Source of the DNA: Candidatus Dormiibacterota bacterium
GTDB lineage: Archaea; Thermoproteota; Bathyarchaeia; 40CM-2-53-6
NCBI GenBank assembly: GCA_035637535.1
Contig: DASPWZ010000032.1
Location: 16,421-80,420, forward strand
Direction: 5' to 3'
DNA length: 64,000 nucleotides
The position numbers were made by a program, and so were the translations under genes. Each line of letters opens with the position of its first letter. The first letter of the stretch is position 1. This document shows, in pieces, positions 1 to 9,625 of this stretch. Under the pieces are notes generated by a model that was given only the letters and a program-made list of their open reading frames with translations, did no database searches and was not told the DNA's origin.

Positions 1-351
1 TTGGGATGGTTCATCACATTCGCGGTCGCCGATGTCATGTGCAACTTGTTCTATCATAGAAGTGGAGGGGAACTTAGCCTAATCAATGGAACCGCCTTCG
101 CAATGGTACCACTTCTCCTGGTCCCAGGCCTGATTCTGCTGGTCCAACCTTTTTCCGCGGTGATACAATCCGCGACAGCATTCACGATTCTACTTCAGGT
201 CGGGGTTCAAGTCTGGGTTGTCTGCCTGCTCTCAAGCGCCATTTCAATATCTAAGGGTCTTAAGATGGAGCGGACGGCTCTGATCAGCCTCGCCGTGATG
301 TACCTGAACATCACCGCAGTCATCTTCGCATTATCGCTCGGATTGTTCTAG
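1..351 (+). CDS. hypothetical polytopic membrane protein (ORF open to window edge, possibly 5'-truncated)
   Basis: 116-aa ORF with 3-4 hydrophobic helices (VPLLLVPGLILLV, FTILLQVGVQVWVVCLL, AVMYLNITAVIFALSLGLF). No family recognised. Confidence 0.35.
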   Translation: MGWFITFAVADVMCNLFYHRSGGELSLINGTAFAMVPLLLVPGLILLVQPFSAVIQSATAFTILLQVGVQVWVVCLLSSAISISKGLKMERTALISLAVMYLNITAVIFALSLGLF

Positions 352-494
352 GATCCCAGAACGTTCCAGTTTGGACCCGTAGAACAGGTTCTACTAGTGT
401 AGAAGCTGTAATTTCGCTCCATTTAGAAGAAAAACGCCTAAATCGCGTCTCAAACATATGTCTAGGTTGAAGAAACGGAGATGATTCGAGAACA

Positions 495-1571
495 ATGAAA
501 AGAACCATGACGATGCTGCTCGGAGTCATTGCACTCGCAATCTCAGTACTCGTGGTCCCAGCTGTAGCGGGAGCCCCGCCCACAGGATCGGTCGACTCCT
601 CGAACAGGGTCATCTTCAACAGCGGATCTTTGACGGGAGTGTTCGAGGGAAACGTCCCACACATTACTTTCTATGCGACAAACGAGCTTGGACGAAAAAC
701 CTACCAGCTCAACTTCAGGTCTCTCATAGAATTCAGCACTAGCTCTGGCGTGAGCAGCTACGAGAGCCCTGCGTTGGTTGCAGTGGCCGACTTCGACTCG
801 GCCTCCTGGACCGCCAGCAACTTCTACCCAGTCAAGGACAAAACCACTGGGACTACCATCGGAATGGGTTTCAACTTCACCCTCAACAATCAGATGACCA
901 TCGTTGAAAAGACCCCACCGCCCCAATCCCTCAAATCAGGCGACGTAGTGCTCGTTGTGAAAGCTTACAACAACACTAGGACCATCACTGTCAATGGACA
1001 ATCAGTAACAATCAATACTGCAGAGATCAAGATCGACTTCGTGCTGAAAAACTGGCCCTTCGTATCAACCAGTGACAAACTGGCTTTGCAAGTGAACATG
1101 CACAGCGACTACAACCATTTCGATCTGGATCAGTCTACCGGCACGACGACTGTCGACGCAGCCAATGACGAGGGTGCTACAGTAATGGAGCATCCCTACA
1201 CTGAGACCTCCAAAACGGAACAAGATGTGCGATATGCTTCTGGACCGGCCACGTCAAGCATGAACGTTGGGTTCTTCCACTTCGTCAATACCGCTACTGT
1301 AACATCGGCCAGCGGCACTTCACAATCGGTACCAGTAGTCGCCGCGTACAAGGCGGAAAAGGACGGACCAGAAACATTCCTGAAACTATACCTTGTCTAT
1401 CCCTACTTCGCCAGCGGATCAATCCTAGTTCATGACCCGAGCTTCGGCCTTCAAGGCGGACTGCCAACCCTCTACATCATTGCGGGCGGCGCGGGAGTCG
1501 CAGGACTCGCCGCGGTCCTCGTGATTAGACACCGCCACCTTCAAGTCCAGAGGTTTCCGCAGAGCAATTAG
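495..1571 (+). CDS. secreted, C-terminally membrane-anchored surface protein (hypothetical)
   Basis: 358 aa. N-terminal signal-like helix (MLLGVIALAISVLVVPAVAG), Thr/Ser/Asn-rich beta-type body, C-terminal TM plus basic tail (LYIIAGGAGVAGLAAVLVIRHRH). Confidence 0.6.
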   Translation: MKRTMTMLLGVIALAISVLVVPAVAGAPPTGSVDSSNRVIFNSGSLTGVFEGNVPHITFYATNELGRKTYQLNFRSLIEFSTSSGVSSYESPALVAVADFDSASWTASNFYPVKDKTTGTTIGMGFNFTLNNQMTIVEKTPPPQSLKSGDVVLVVKAYNNTRTITVNGQSVTINTAEIKIDFVLKNWPFVSTSDKLALQVNMHSDYNHFDLDQSTGTTTVDAANDEGATVMEHPYTETSKTEQDVRYASGPATSSMNVGFFHFVNTATVTSASGTSQSVPVVAAYKAEKDGPETFLKLYLVYPYFASGSILVHDPSFGLQGGLPTLYIIAGGAGVAGLAAVLVIRHRHLQVQRFPQSN

Positions 1572-1697
1572 AAAATCTGAAGCGGAGCATGTCTCCGCTC
1601 CCCTTCCTTCCTTTTATCACATTAAGCTTAATCAGGCGAGACTGAGGTTGTGCAAGTTCATTATTTGAAACGCGTAATGTTTGGATAGACTCCTATC

Positions 1698-2642
1698 ATG
1701 AAATACCGGACCCTGGGAAAGACAGATCTCAAAGTCAGCGAAGTAGGATTTGGGGCCTGGGCGATAGGAGGAAACAATTATGGGAACAGCTACGGACCCA
1801 CAGACGACAAAGTCTCGCTCGCTACGGTTGAACGAGCCTTTGAGCTTGGATGCAACTTCTTCGATACGGCTGATGTCTATGGACATGGACATAGCGAAGA
1901 GATTCTCGGCCACGCTCTGAAGGGGCACAGGAACGATGTTATCTTGGCGACCAAAGGGGGGGGCGACTTCTACCATGATCCTCCTCGCATGAACTTCAGC
2001 CCGGACTATCTAGAATTCGCGTCAGCGAAGAGTTGCGAAAGACTGCAGACAGACTGCATCGACCTCTACCAACTGCACAATCCACCTATCCAATTGCTCA
2101 AGAGTGGGAAGATCTTCGAAGATCTAGAGAAACTGAAGGATTCTGGAAGAATCCGACACTACGGCGTCTCCATCCACGATCCGCAGGAGGGACTTCTAGC
2201 TATAAAATATGGACAACCGGCAGCCATCCAAGTTGTCTTCAACGTTCTACGCCAAGAGGCGAAAAACCAGCTCTTCCAAGCAGCTAGAGCACAAAATGTT
2301 GCGATCATCGCGCGAGAACCGCTCTCGAACGGATTCCTCAGTGGCAAGTTCACCATCGACTCGACTTTCCCATCAGGTGATATTCGGAGCAATTTTCCCA
2401 GTAACTATCAAGTGGGCTTGGTAAGAGCGGCTCAACAGCTCAGACTTCTCGAATCGAAGACGAGAACTCTCGCGCAAGCTTCCATCAGATTCGCACTCGA
2501 TCATAAGGACGTGTCAACGGTGATACCTGGCGCGAAGACCCCACAACAGATAGAGGAGAACATGAAAGCGTCGGACCTCCCTCCATTGACAGGCGAAGAG
2601 CTACTGAGAATCAGAATTCTAAGAGAGCAAGGATTCGCATAG
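1698..2642 (+). CDS. aldo/keto reductase family oxidoreductase
   Basis: 314 aa. Has the AKR N-terminus MKYRTLGKTDLKVSEVGFGAWAIGG and the DTADVYGHGHSEEILG block. Confidence 0.85.
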   Translation: MKYRTLGKTDLKVSEVGFGAWAIGGNNYGNSYGPTDDKVSLATVERAFELGCNFFDTADVYGHGHSEEILGHALKGHRNDVILATKGGGDFYHDPPRMNFSPDYLEFASAKSCERLQTDCIDLYQLHNPPIQLLKSGKIFEDLEKLKDSGRIRHYGVSIHDPQEGLLAIKYGQPAAIQVVFNVLRQEAKNQLFQAARAQNVAIIAREPLSNGFLSGKFTIDSTFPSGDIRSNFPSNYQVGLVRAAQQLRLLESKTRTLAQASIRFALDHKDVSTVIPGAKTPQQIEENMKASDLPPLTGEELLRIRILREQGFA

Positions 2643-2929
2643 GCTGAGGTCGAACAGCATCGGCTAGGTACCTTCTCAGAATCTCCAACAAGGACAGTTA
2701 CACTCCGAGAGATGTTCAACAGGTCTCCGCTAGTATCCGGAAGATTCTCGGCTCCCGGGAGAGCGCGAGCCACTTCCGGGTAGGTACTCATGCAGTCGAG
2801 TTCAACATATTCGCCGATAACGAGAAGGAGCTGGAGGAGCAGAAGAGGCTCCTCACAAAGGGCCCGTTCGAAATAGTCAGCCTGAGGGCTCTCGATACTG
2901 CTCCGAAGCTTGTCAGCAAGGAGGAAGCG

Positions 2930-3244
2930 TTGGCTGAAGGGATAGAATTCTTCAATGCGGAAAGGTTCTGGGAGTGCCACGAAGCCCTCGAACAGGCGTG
3001 GCACATAGCGAAGGGTGTTGAACGGGATGCTATCCAGAGTATAATCCTGACGGCGGCTGCATTCGTGCATTATCAGAAGGGTGAAGAGGAAATCTGCTTA
3101 TCCATCATGAAACGGGCACGAGCGAAAATGGCTTTGGTCAAGAGCTACCAAGTGATAGACTTTGAGGATCTTGAAAGGAATATCGATGGCATCCTAGATT
3201 CTGAGAAGGTTCAGCTGTTCAAGCTGCGAACTAGTCGCCCCTAA
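2930..3244 (+). CDS. DUF309-like small helical protein
   Basis: 104 aa with a TTG start. FNAERFWECHEALEQAWH resembles the DUF309 signature. Confidence 0.5.
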   Translation: MAEGIEFFNAERFWECHEALEQAWHIAKGVERDAIQSIILTAAAFVHYQKGEEEICLSIMKRARAKMALVKSYQVIDFEDLERNIDGILDSEKVQLFKLRTSRP

Positions 3245-3327
3245 TGGTACGATTTCTATTAGCCGACGACTCTGGTATCCCTATCCTTTTAGCTGGAATC
3301 CCGAAAAATTCTGAGGGACCTTAAGGC

Positions 3328-3942
3328 TTGGCCATTGTCAACATCGATAATCGGTATTCGACCGTACTAGCCATGATCGCCGGCGTCATGATTACCGCCA
3401 CCCGGCTAGCAATCCCCCAGTTCTATCCATCCCAGGCTACCAACGGCTGGGCGAATCTCTTCGCCGAACTATCTAGCGGTGGTCTCACTCTATTCGCGGT
3501 GCTAGCGGGAATCATATCGTTCCTCGTACAGTTCGGAGGAGTCTCGATATTCATCGGCGGCTTGCTATGCTACAAGAAGCATCTACGATCTGGAAAAGAA
3601 TTTGTTGGAATCGGAACAACTTTTGGTTTCGCCGATCTGCTGCTGGCAATACCCTCGCTAGGGTCCAGTAGCTCTGGCCCAATCTACCTTGTAGTCGTCG
3701 CCTGGACGAGCCTCCTTCTCGCCGTCTTCGCGGGACGCCACATCAAAGGCCCCAAGGGAAGCTATGCAGGTGAGGTGAGGAAGCTGATGGGCGGGATACG
3801 TAGCAGGATTCTTCGACAGGAGAAAAGGAAGAGAAGGGAGAGGCGCATTCGCCGAAGGCGCGCGCAATCGAAAATTACGAGAGGAAGCCTACCCTCTACG
3901 AAACAGTACAACATCAGCAGCGACAAAAACAGTGAGAGCTAA
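3328..3942 (+). CDS. hypothetical membrane protein with Arg/Lys-rich C-terminal tail
   Basis: 204 aa, about 5 TM helices, tail RQEKRKRRERRIRRRRAQSK. Confidence 0.5.
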   Translation: MAIVNIDNRYSTVLAMIAGVMITATRLAIPQFYPSQATNGWANLFAELSSGGLTLFAVLAGIISFLVQFGGVSIFIGGLLCYKKHLRSGKEFVGIGTTFGFADLLLAIPSLGSSSSGPIYLVVVAWTSLLLAVFAGRHIKGPKGSYAGEVRKLMGGIRSRILRQEKRKRRERRIRRRRAQSKITRGSLPSTKQYNISSDKNSES

Positions 3943-4101
3943 GCTTCCCGCGAGAAGAACCCCTGGGACCGGATAGCGCCAGAAAGCGGCGATGGTGAAG
4001 ACCAGAATTACGAGAATTGCGAGAATATCACTCAAAAGTCTCCTGTCAACCTGGTCCAATCTGGACCGACTCTTTGAAGCAGGTTTCTCAGCGCTACTCA
4101 C
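3889..4101 (-). CDS. small two-TM membrane protein (hypothetical)
   Basis: 70 aa with a basic N-terminus and two hydrophobic helices. Overlaps the 3' end of the previous gene convergently. Confidence 0.3.
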   Translation of the reverse strand: MSSAEKPASKSRSRLDQVDRRLLSDILAILVILVFTIAAFWRYPVPGVLLAGSLALTVFVAADVVLFRRG

Positions 4102-4176
4102 TTCCGAGACTCTCGCAGAGAGCCAGCTGAATTTGTAGATAAGTCCTATCAGAGATTTCTGTAGCGTTACGTCAGA

Positions 4177-5028
4177 TTAGCCCGTTATGGATCTGATGAG
4201 GAGCAGGATGTTCCTCTTCCTCTCCCTCATCCTCCTCTTGCTGTAATTGTACCATTCAGGACCATATGGAATGTACTCGCTTACTCTGAATCGGTTTGCG
4301 AGGAGGCTCGATTTCAGATCATCCCTGATCCCTTTCAACAGTTGGAACTCGAAATCAGCCTTGTGATCACGGCTAAGATTCTTGGCTTCAGTGATCATTT
4401 TCTCATCATGCGTGCCAATCGCAAAGAACCCATTCTGTTCAAACAGGATGTGCATTAGTCGTAGATAGTTAGCGTTAAGCTCGCTTCGACGTTTGAAAGC
4501 AACCTCCCCATTCTCTGGGTACGCACCTTTCACGAGCCGTATTTTTCCGCCTCGCGGCAAGAGATCTCTCAGATCACTTTCTGTGCGCTTCATGTTTGCC
4601 TGTAGACACAACCCGAGATCCTTGTGCGTACCGAGGAGTTCGCGGTAGATCTCTACTGTCGACTTTGTGTAAGGGGAGTTTTCCATGTCTATCCAAACGA
4701 AACGTCCTTCCCCCTCGGCCGCCGCTATTATCTTGAGGAGATTTTCTCTGTACAATGGGATCTCGGCTGCCAGCCCTATCTGTGAAGGTTTGACCGATAT
4801 GGTGGCTTGAAGGTTCTCGGTCTGGATCGTCTCTAGAAGTTTCAGGTATTCCTCCACGTATTGCTGTATCAGCTTCCGATCAGGAGTATGTTCTCCAAGA
4901 CGGTTGAGGATAGCGTGTATCTTTCTCTCGTTCGCACTTCGGGCCGCATCCATGGCGTCTTGTAGAGTGTAGCCGGCAATCCAGCGCTTGGCGATTCGGT
5001 AGAAGAGTCGTTCAGTGATTCGTGTCAT
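4177..5028 (-). CDS. proline dehydrogenase (monofunctional PutA-like)
   Basis: 283 aa. Resembles short PRODH TIM-barrel proteins (IAKRWIAGYTLQDA..., ...IRLVKGAY...). Last gene of the minus-strand catabolic operon. Confidence 0.7.
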   Translation of the reverse strand: MTRITERLFYRIAKRWIAGYTLQDAMDAARSANERKIHAILNRLGEHTPDRKLIQQYVEEYLKLLETIQTENLQATISVKPSQIGLAAEIPLYRENLLKIIAAAEGEGRFVWIDMENSPYTKSTVEIYRELLGTHKDLGLCLQANMKRTESDLRDLLPRGGKIRLVKGAYPENGEVAFKRRSELNANYLRLMHILFEQNGFFAIGTHDEKMITEAKNLSRDHKADFEFQLLKGIRDDLKSSLLANRFRVSEYIPYGPEWYNYSKRRMRERKRNILLLIRSITG

Positions 5029-5107
5029 CGTTGAAGGATCTCAGCCAAATTTCGTCTAAGGAGAAGCTCTATTTGTTTCCTGTCGATAAAAGGCTTCGAA
5101 TGGTTAT

Positions 5108-6217
5108 TCACCAAACCTTTTCCAGAATCCGGAGAGCATCGGCCGATTCATGACTATCCACGTCTCGCGCAATTTTTTGCAAATCATCTTTTCTCATCCC
5201 ATAGTCCCTTAATCTCTTCGACAGGCCGAGTCCGCGAACCAGGTCGGCGACTCCATCGGCAGCTTCTAGCGCGGCTTTTTCCGAAGGAACTCCCTCTATG
5301 TTCTTACCTTCGGCCTTTGCGATGAGGGCCAGCCTCTCAGGGTTTCGGGTTGCTTCCATTCGCATGACTTCTGAAAGTGTAATGCAGGAAGTGATACCGT
5401 GAGGAATATTCCAAGTTGCTCCAATTACCCTTCCTATTGAGTGGCTCAATCCTGTTCCAACGCTGAAAACTCCGGCAAACGACATCCAAGCAGCCAGCTG
5501 ACAGTTCAATCTAGACTTGAGGTCCGTAGGATTCTCGGTCGAGACTTTCAGGTTTTGGAATAGGAGATGGATCGCTTCGAGGGCAAGTGTGTCAACGTAT
5601 GATTGATGGTTTGGCGAGTACACAGCCTCTACAGCATGATCCAGACTTCTGATCCCGCTCGAAGCCCACAGCCAGCCTGGTGTGGGAATGGTTAGCTCAG
5701 GGTCGAGAAAGATTGATCGCGGAACCATGCGCAGGTCTCGGAACCCTGTTTTCCGATTCAGTTTCTCATCGGTCATTCCGGCGACGTGGGAGAATTCGGC
5801 GGCGGAAAGGGTCGTGGGAACGGCAATGTGAGGAATGGCGGGATGCTGAAAATCTTCGGACAATTCTTTGACGATGATCTTTGTTGAGTCGATCGAGCTG
5901 CCTCCACCTAGGCTGATTAGGCTATCCGCCTTGGCTTCTCTAACGGCAGTTGCTGCTCGCCTGATTCCACTTAGTGGGGCGTGTTGCCTGATTTCCGAGA
6001 AGACGCCAGCGAGTTTCGTTTCCGCGGCGTTTTCTATTTGTGCGATCAGATCTGACTTTTGTGCGATGCTTTGTCCCGTTAACAGAAAGGGTCTCTTTGA
6101 GCCTATTCTGTTGAGTTCGTTTCGAAGCTTGCTGATTGATCCTGATCCGAAATAGACTCGTTCAATCGGAAGGTAGGTGTACTCGCCTGAAGCTAGACCA
6201 GTCTCGATGGCAGACAA
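5108..6217 (-). CDS. iron-containing alcohol dehydrogenase family protein (maleylacetate reductase-like)
   Basis: 369 aa. Fe-ADH motifs (SLGGGSSIDSTK; His-rich metal site LDHAVE...HSIG). Lies 8 nt downstream of the HGD gene. Confidence 0.75.
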   Translation of the reverse strand: MSAIETGLASGEYTYLPIERVYFGSGSISKLRNELNRIGSKRPFLLTGQSIAQKSDLIAQIENAAETKLAGVFSEIRQHAPLSGIRRAATAVREAKADSLISLGGGSSIDSTKIIVKELSEDFQHPAIPHIAVPTTLSAAEFSHVAGMTDEKLNRKTGFRDLRMVPRSIFLDPELTIPTPGWLWASSGIRSLDHAVEAVYSPNHQSYVDTLALEAIHLLFQNLKVSTENPTDLKSRLNCQLAAWMSFAGVFSVGTGLSHSIGRVIGATWNIPHGITSCITLSEVMRMEATRNPERLALIAKAEGKNIEGVPSEKAALEAADGVADLVRGLGLSKRLRDYGMRKDDLQKIARDVDSHESADALRILEKVW

Positions 6218-6225
6218 GTGTTCTG

Positions 6226-7407
6226 TTATGGTACAGTTGCGCCTATCTTGACAGGACTCGTCCAGCTGAACGGATAATTTGGATCGTCCAACCTCTCCGC
6301 ATTGCTAGTGACTCTGAGCGGCTTTTTCGTCTCTATCATTATTGCCAACTCATTAGTGGAGTCTTTTCCGAGGCTCGCCTCTATCGCGCCCGGCTGGGGT
6401 CCGTGGTGGATTCCTCTCCGGTGCAGTGTGTAGGAGCCTATTTCGATCCCTCTGCGGCTTCCAAAATCGCCGCTGACGTAGTAGAGGATCTCGTCGCTGT
6501 CGATGTTGCTGTGATTGTAGGGGACAGGTATGGCTAGTGGGTGATAGTCCAGTTTTCGCGGGACGAAGGATAAGACGTCGAATCCTGGCGCTTCAAACGT
6601 TTGATGTATCGGTGGCGGCTGATGGACCCTGCCGGTGAGGGGTTCGAAATCGTTGACGTTAAAGATCCACGGGTATAGGTAGCCGTCCCAGCCTACTACA
6701 TCGAGAGGATGAAAATCGAACGTGTACGACATCAGGGAGTTGTCAACTTTCATGCGCACCTCGAATTCTCCCCTCTCATTGTGAATGGCTAGTTCCTCGG
6801 GTTCTCGAAAGTCGCGGTCGGAGTAGGGCGCCAACTCCACCAACTGTCCGTAATCATTCCGGTATCGACGTGGTATCTCAATCGGACCCGCCGACTCAGT
6901 TATCAAGAATCTGCTCTCCTTCGAGTCCAGCATGATCCGGTAGGTTGTCCCCCTCGGGACTATGATGAAGTCGCCCTCGTGAAAGGGGAGGAGCCCGAAT
7001 ACGGATTCTAGGGTTCCCTTCCCTTCGTGGACGAAGTAGAGCTCGTCGCCTTGGGCGTTCCTGAAGAACGACTCCATGGATTGGGTTGGACGAGCTGACG
7101 AGATGAACACGTCATTGTTGTAGAAGAGGGCCTGTCGGCCTTCAACCGCGTCTTTCGTGGTTTCAAGGTTCTTCGTGCGAATGTGGTGATGGCGGTGTTC
7201 ACTTGGTTGCCATTCGGAGATACTGAGATCTCTGAGTTTCTTGATGTGCGAGACCCGAGTCGGAGCGTATTCATGATAGAGGGTTGAATAGACCCCAGAG
7301 AAGGCCTCCGTTCCAAAAATTTCCTCATGGTATAGAGACCCATCAGGCTTTCTGAACTGAGTGTGTCGCTTCTGAGGAAGCTTTCCAAGGCGCTGATAAC
7401 TTGGCAA
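6226..7407 (-). CDS. hmgA: homogentisate 1,2-dioxygenase
   Basis: 393 aa. N-terminus YQRLGKLPQKRHTQF and a cupin core typical of the short prokaryotic HGD family. Flanked by FAH and HPPD genes. Confidence 0.8.
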   Translation of the reverse strand: MPSYQRLGKLPQKRHTQFRKPDGSLYHEEIFGTEAFSGVYSTLYHEYAPTRVSHIKKLRDLSISEWQPSEHRHHHIRTKNLETTKDAVEGRQALFYNNDVFISSARPTQSMESFFRNAQGDELYFVHEGKGTLESVFGLLPFHEGDFIIVPRGTTYRIMLDSKESRFLITESAGPIEIPRRYRNDYGQLVELAPYSDRDFREPEELAIHNERGEFEVRMKVDNSLMSYTFDFHPLDVVGWDGYLYPWIFNVNDFEPLTGRVHQPPPIHQTFEAPGFDVLSFVPRKLDYHPLAIPVPYNHSNIDSDEILYYVSGDFGSRRGIEIGSYTLHRRGIHHGPQPGAIEASLGKDSTNELAIMIETKKPLRVTSNAERLDDPNYPFSWTSPVKIGATVP

Positions 7408-7419
7408 GTTCGTCTAGCG

Positions 7420-8427
7420 CTACGACTTCGCGGTCTCTATAATTCTGTTCCTCAAGACGCCTAACCGTTCGATTTCCAGCTCCACGTGGTCTCCGGGTTT
7501 CAGCCACGGGTGGACTTCCTGCCCTAGCTCCAGCAGAGAGCCAGTTCCTACTGTCCCCGACCCGAAGATCTCTCCGACTCTCAACTCGACTGATTGTGAG
7601 GCTCTGGCGATCATTTGCGGGAAGGTCCAATACATCTTTTTCATGTTCCCGTCCGATAGTTGTTTCCCGTTGACCATTGCTTTCATTTGCAGGTCGAATT
7701 TTCCGGGCCCTATCTTCTTGTCTTGTAGCTCATCAGGAGTGATGAGCCAGGGTCCAATTGAGGTTGCGAAGTCTTTCGCCTTTGCCGGGCCTAGCCCAAT
7801 TTTCATTTCTGGCTGTTGGATGTCCCGTGCGCTCCAATCGTTCATTATTGTGTATCCGGCGATGTGTGTTTCTGCTTCTTCTTCTCGAATATTCGTCCCA
7901 CTTTTTCCGATGATGCAGGCGACCTCAAGCTCATAGTCGAGCATCTTAGTGTACGAAGGGTATGGGATTTGGTCGTCTTGACCGTTTAGCATGGCGGGAT
8001 TGGAATAGTAGAACGCGGGGAACTCGTACCATTCTTCTGGCATCTGAAGGCCTCTTCGAGCTCTTGCTGCTTTTACATGATCCTCGAAGGCGTAGAAGTC
8101 CCTGATAATTGGAGGGCGAGAAATGGGGGGCCGAATTCTCACTTCACTCAGTTTCTCCATTGTTCGGGGGATTTTTTCCGGGTCGATTCGGTTGAAAATC
8201 CGCCAAGATAGTTTCTGAAGATCTTCAAGGACTTTCGGACCCTTCGCAAGTACATCAAGAGTTGAAGAGGCGTTTTGGGACAATGTCTGTAATGTGCGCG
8301 GGATGCGAATGCCAAGAGGAGCGGATACACGTACTAGCTCGTGAATGTCTAGAATCCATTCTCCCCAGAGGAGTGCTGGCCGGGTCCTCAGCGGGGTCTT
8401 AGGCTCGCTGTAGGTGACCAGCTTCAT
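7420..8427 (-). CDS. fahA: fumarylacetoacetate hydrolase (FAH) family protein, probable fumarylacetoacetase
   Basis: 335 aa. FAH-domain blocks (LDYELEVACIIGK, GYTIMNDWSARDIQ, GSGTVGTGSLLE). Operon context supports the call. Confidence 0.8.
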   Translation of the reverse strand: MKLVTYSEPKTPLRTRPALLWGEWILDIHELVRVSAPLGIRIPRTLQTLSQNASSTLDVLAKGPKVLEDLQKLSWRIFNRIDPEKIPRTMEKLSEVRIRPPISRPPIIRDFYAFEDHVKAARARRGLQMPEEWYEFPAFYYSNPAMLNGQDDQIPYPSYTKMLDYELEVACIIGKSGTNIREEEAETHIAGYTIMNDWSARDIQQPEMKIGLGPAKAKDFATSIGPWLITPDELQDKKIGPGKFDLQMKAMVNGKQLSDGNMKKMYWTFPQMIARASQSVELRVGEIFGSGTVGTGSLLELGQEVHPWLKPGDHVELEIERLGVLRNRIIETAKS

Positions 8428-8433
8428 GCGTCG

Positions 8434-9522
8434 TTAGAGATTGCCGCGCTTTGCCTGTTCCTGTTCTATCGACTCGAAGAGGGCTTTGAAATTGCCCTTT
8501 CCAAAGGACTCGCTACCTCTCCGCTGAATCAGTTCGAAGAAGAGGGTAGGCCTGTCCTGGAGAGGCTTGGTAAAGATTTGAAGCATGTAGCCCTTTTCAT
8601 CCTTGTCGACGAGTATGCGGAGTTTCTTGAGATCGTCAATGCGCTCCGAGATTCCTCCAATTCGCTTAGGCAGTTCTGCATAGTATGAGTCGGGAGTATT
8701 CAGGAATTCAATGCCTCTCTGCTGGAGACGCGACACAGTCGCAATCAGGTTGTCAGTTGAAATGGCAAGATGTTGGACGCCGGCTCCCTTGAAATAGTCG
8801 AGATACTCTTGAATCTGCGACTTCCTCTTTCCAGCGGCGGGCTCGTTGATAGGAAACTTGACCGTTCCGGACGGATTCCGCATCACCTTGGAGCGGAGAG
8901 CTGAGTATTCGGTGCTGATGTCCTTATCGTCGAAACTGATTAGCTGTGAAAAGCCGAAGACCTTACCGTAGAACTCAACCCAATAGTCCATCTTACCCTC
9001 TTCGACATTTGCCACGACATGGTCAACGCGTTGAAGTCCAACTGGCTCAGCATTGCCTTTGATCGGCACAAACCCCGGAGCAAACACGCCCTTGTACCCG
9101 TCTCTTTCGATAAACGTGTGAACTGTGTCCCCGTAGGCCGAGATAGCCGAGCCCTTGAGGACCCCATGGTCGTCCTTCAAGCTAGTAGGAGCTCTGATTC
9201 CCTTTGCTCCTCTCTTGATTGCCTCGTTGTAGGTCCATTCCGTGTCTTTTACACGGAGTGCAATATCGGCGACGCCATCGCCGTGCGTCAGAACGAACCT
9301 TGAGATTGGATGGTCAGGGTTTAGGCCTGTGGTTAGGAGTAATCGAATGTCTCCTTGCTGCATCAGGTAGGAGGTCTTGTCCTTGACCCCTGTCTCGGGT
9401 CCGGCGAACGCGATAGGTGTGAATCCAAAGCCGTTCTGATAGAAATAGCTCGCCTGCTTGGCGTTTCCAACGTAGATCTCTACGTAGTCAATTCCTTCGA
9501 TCGGGAGAACCTCAGATTTCAT
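8434..9522 (-). CDS. hppD: 4-hydroxyphenylpyruvate dioxygenase
   Basis: 362 aa. Two VOC domains and a C-terminal FFELIQRRG...GKGNFKALFESIE signature. Confidence 0.85.
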   Translation of the reverse strand: MKSEVLPIEGIDYVEIYVGNAKQASYFYQNGFGFTPIAFAGPETGVKDKTSYLMQQGDIRLLLTTGLNPDHPISRFVLTHGDGVADIALRVKDTEWTYNEAIKRGAKGIRAPTSLKDDHGVLKGSAISAYGDTVHTFIERDGYKGVFAPGFVPIKGNAEPVGLQRVDHVVANVEEGKMDYWVEFYGKVFGFSQLISFDDKDISTEYSALRSKVMRNPSGTVKFPINEPAAGKRKSQIQEYLDYFKGAGVQHLAISTDNLIATVSRLQQRGIEFLNTPDSYYAELPKRIGGISERIDDLKKLRILVDKDEKGYMLQIFTKPLQDRPTLFFELIQRRGSESFGKGNFKALFESIEQEQAKRGNL

Positions 9523-9625
9523 GTCGTCTCAGCGAAGCTTCTGGTTTGGACTACTGGCTATTAATTCATTCCCCCCAGAATGTGACGGGGTGCGAGGGGA
9601 AGTGGGCCATGGTCCGCAGAGTAAG

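Noticed and set aside
2501-3070. 189-aa minus-strand ORF spanning the AKR 3' end and the DUF309 5' end
   Set aside because: It overlaps two better-supported plus-strand genes and has no recognisable features. The 290-nt gap at 2643-2929 remains unexplained but shows no clear gene.
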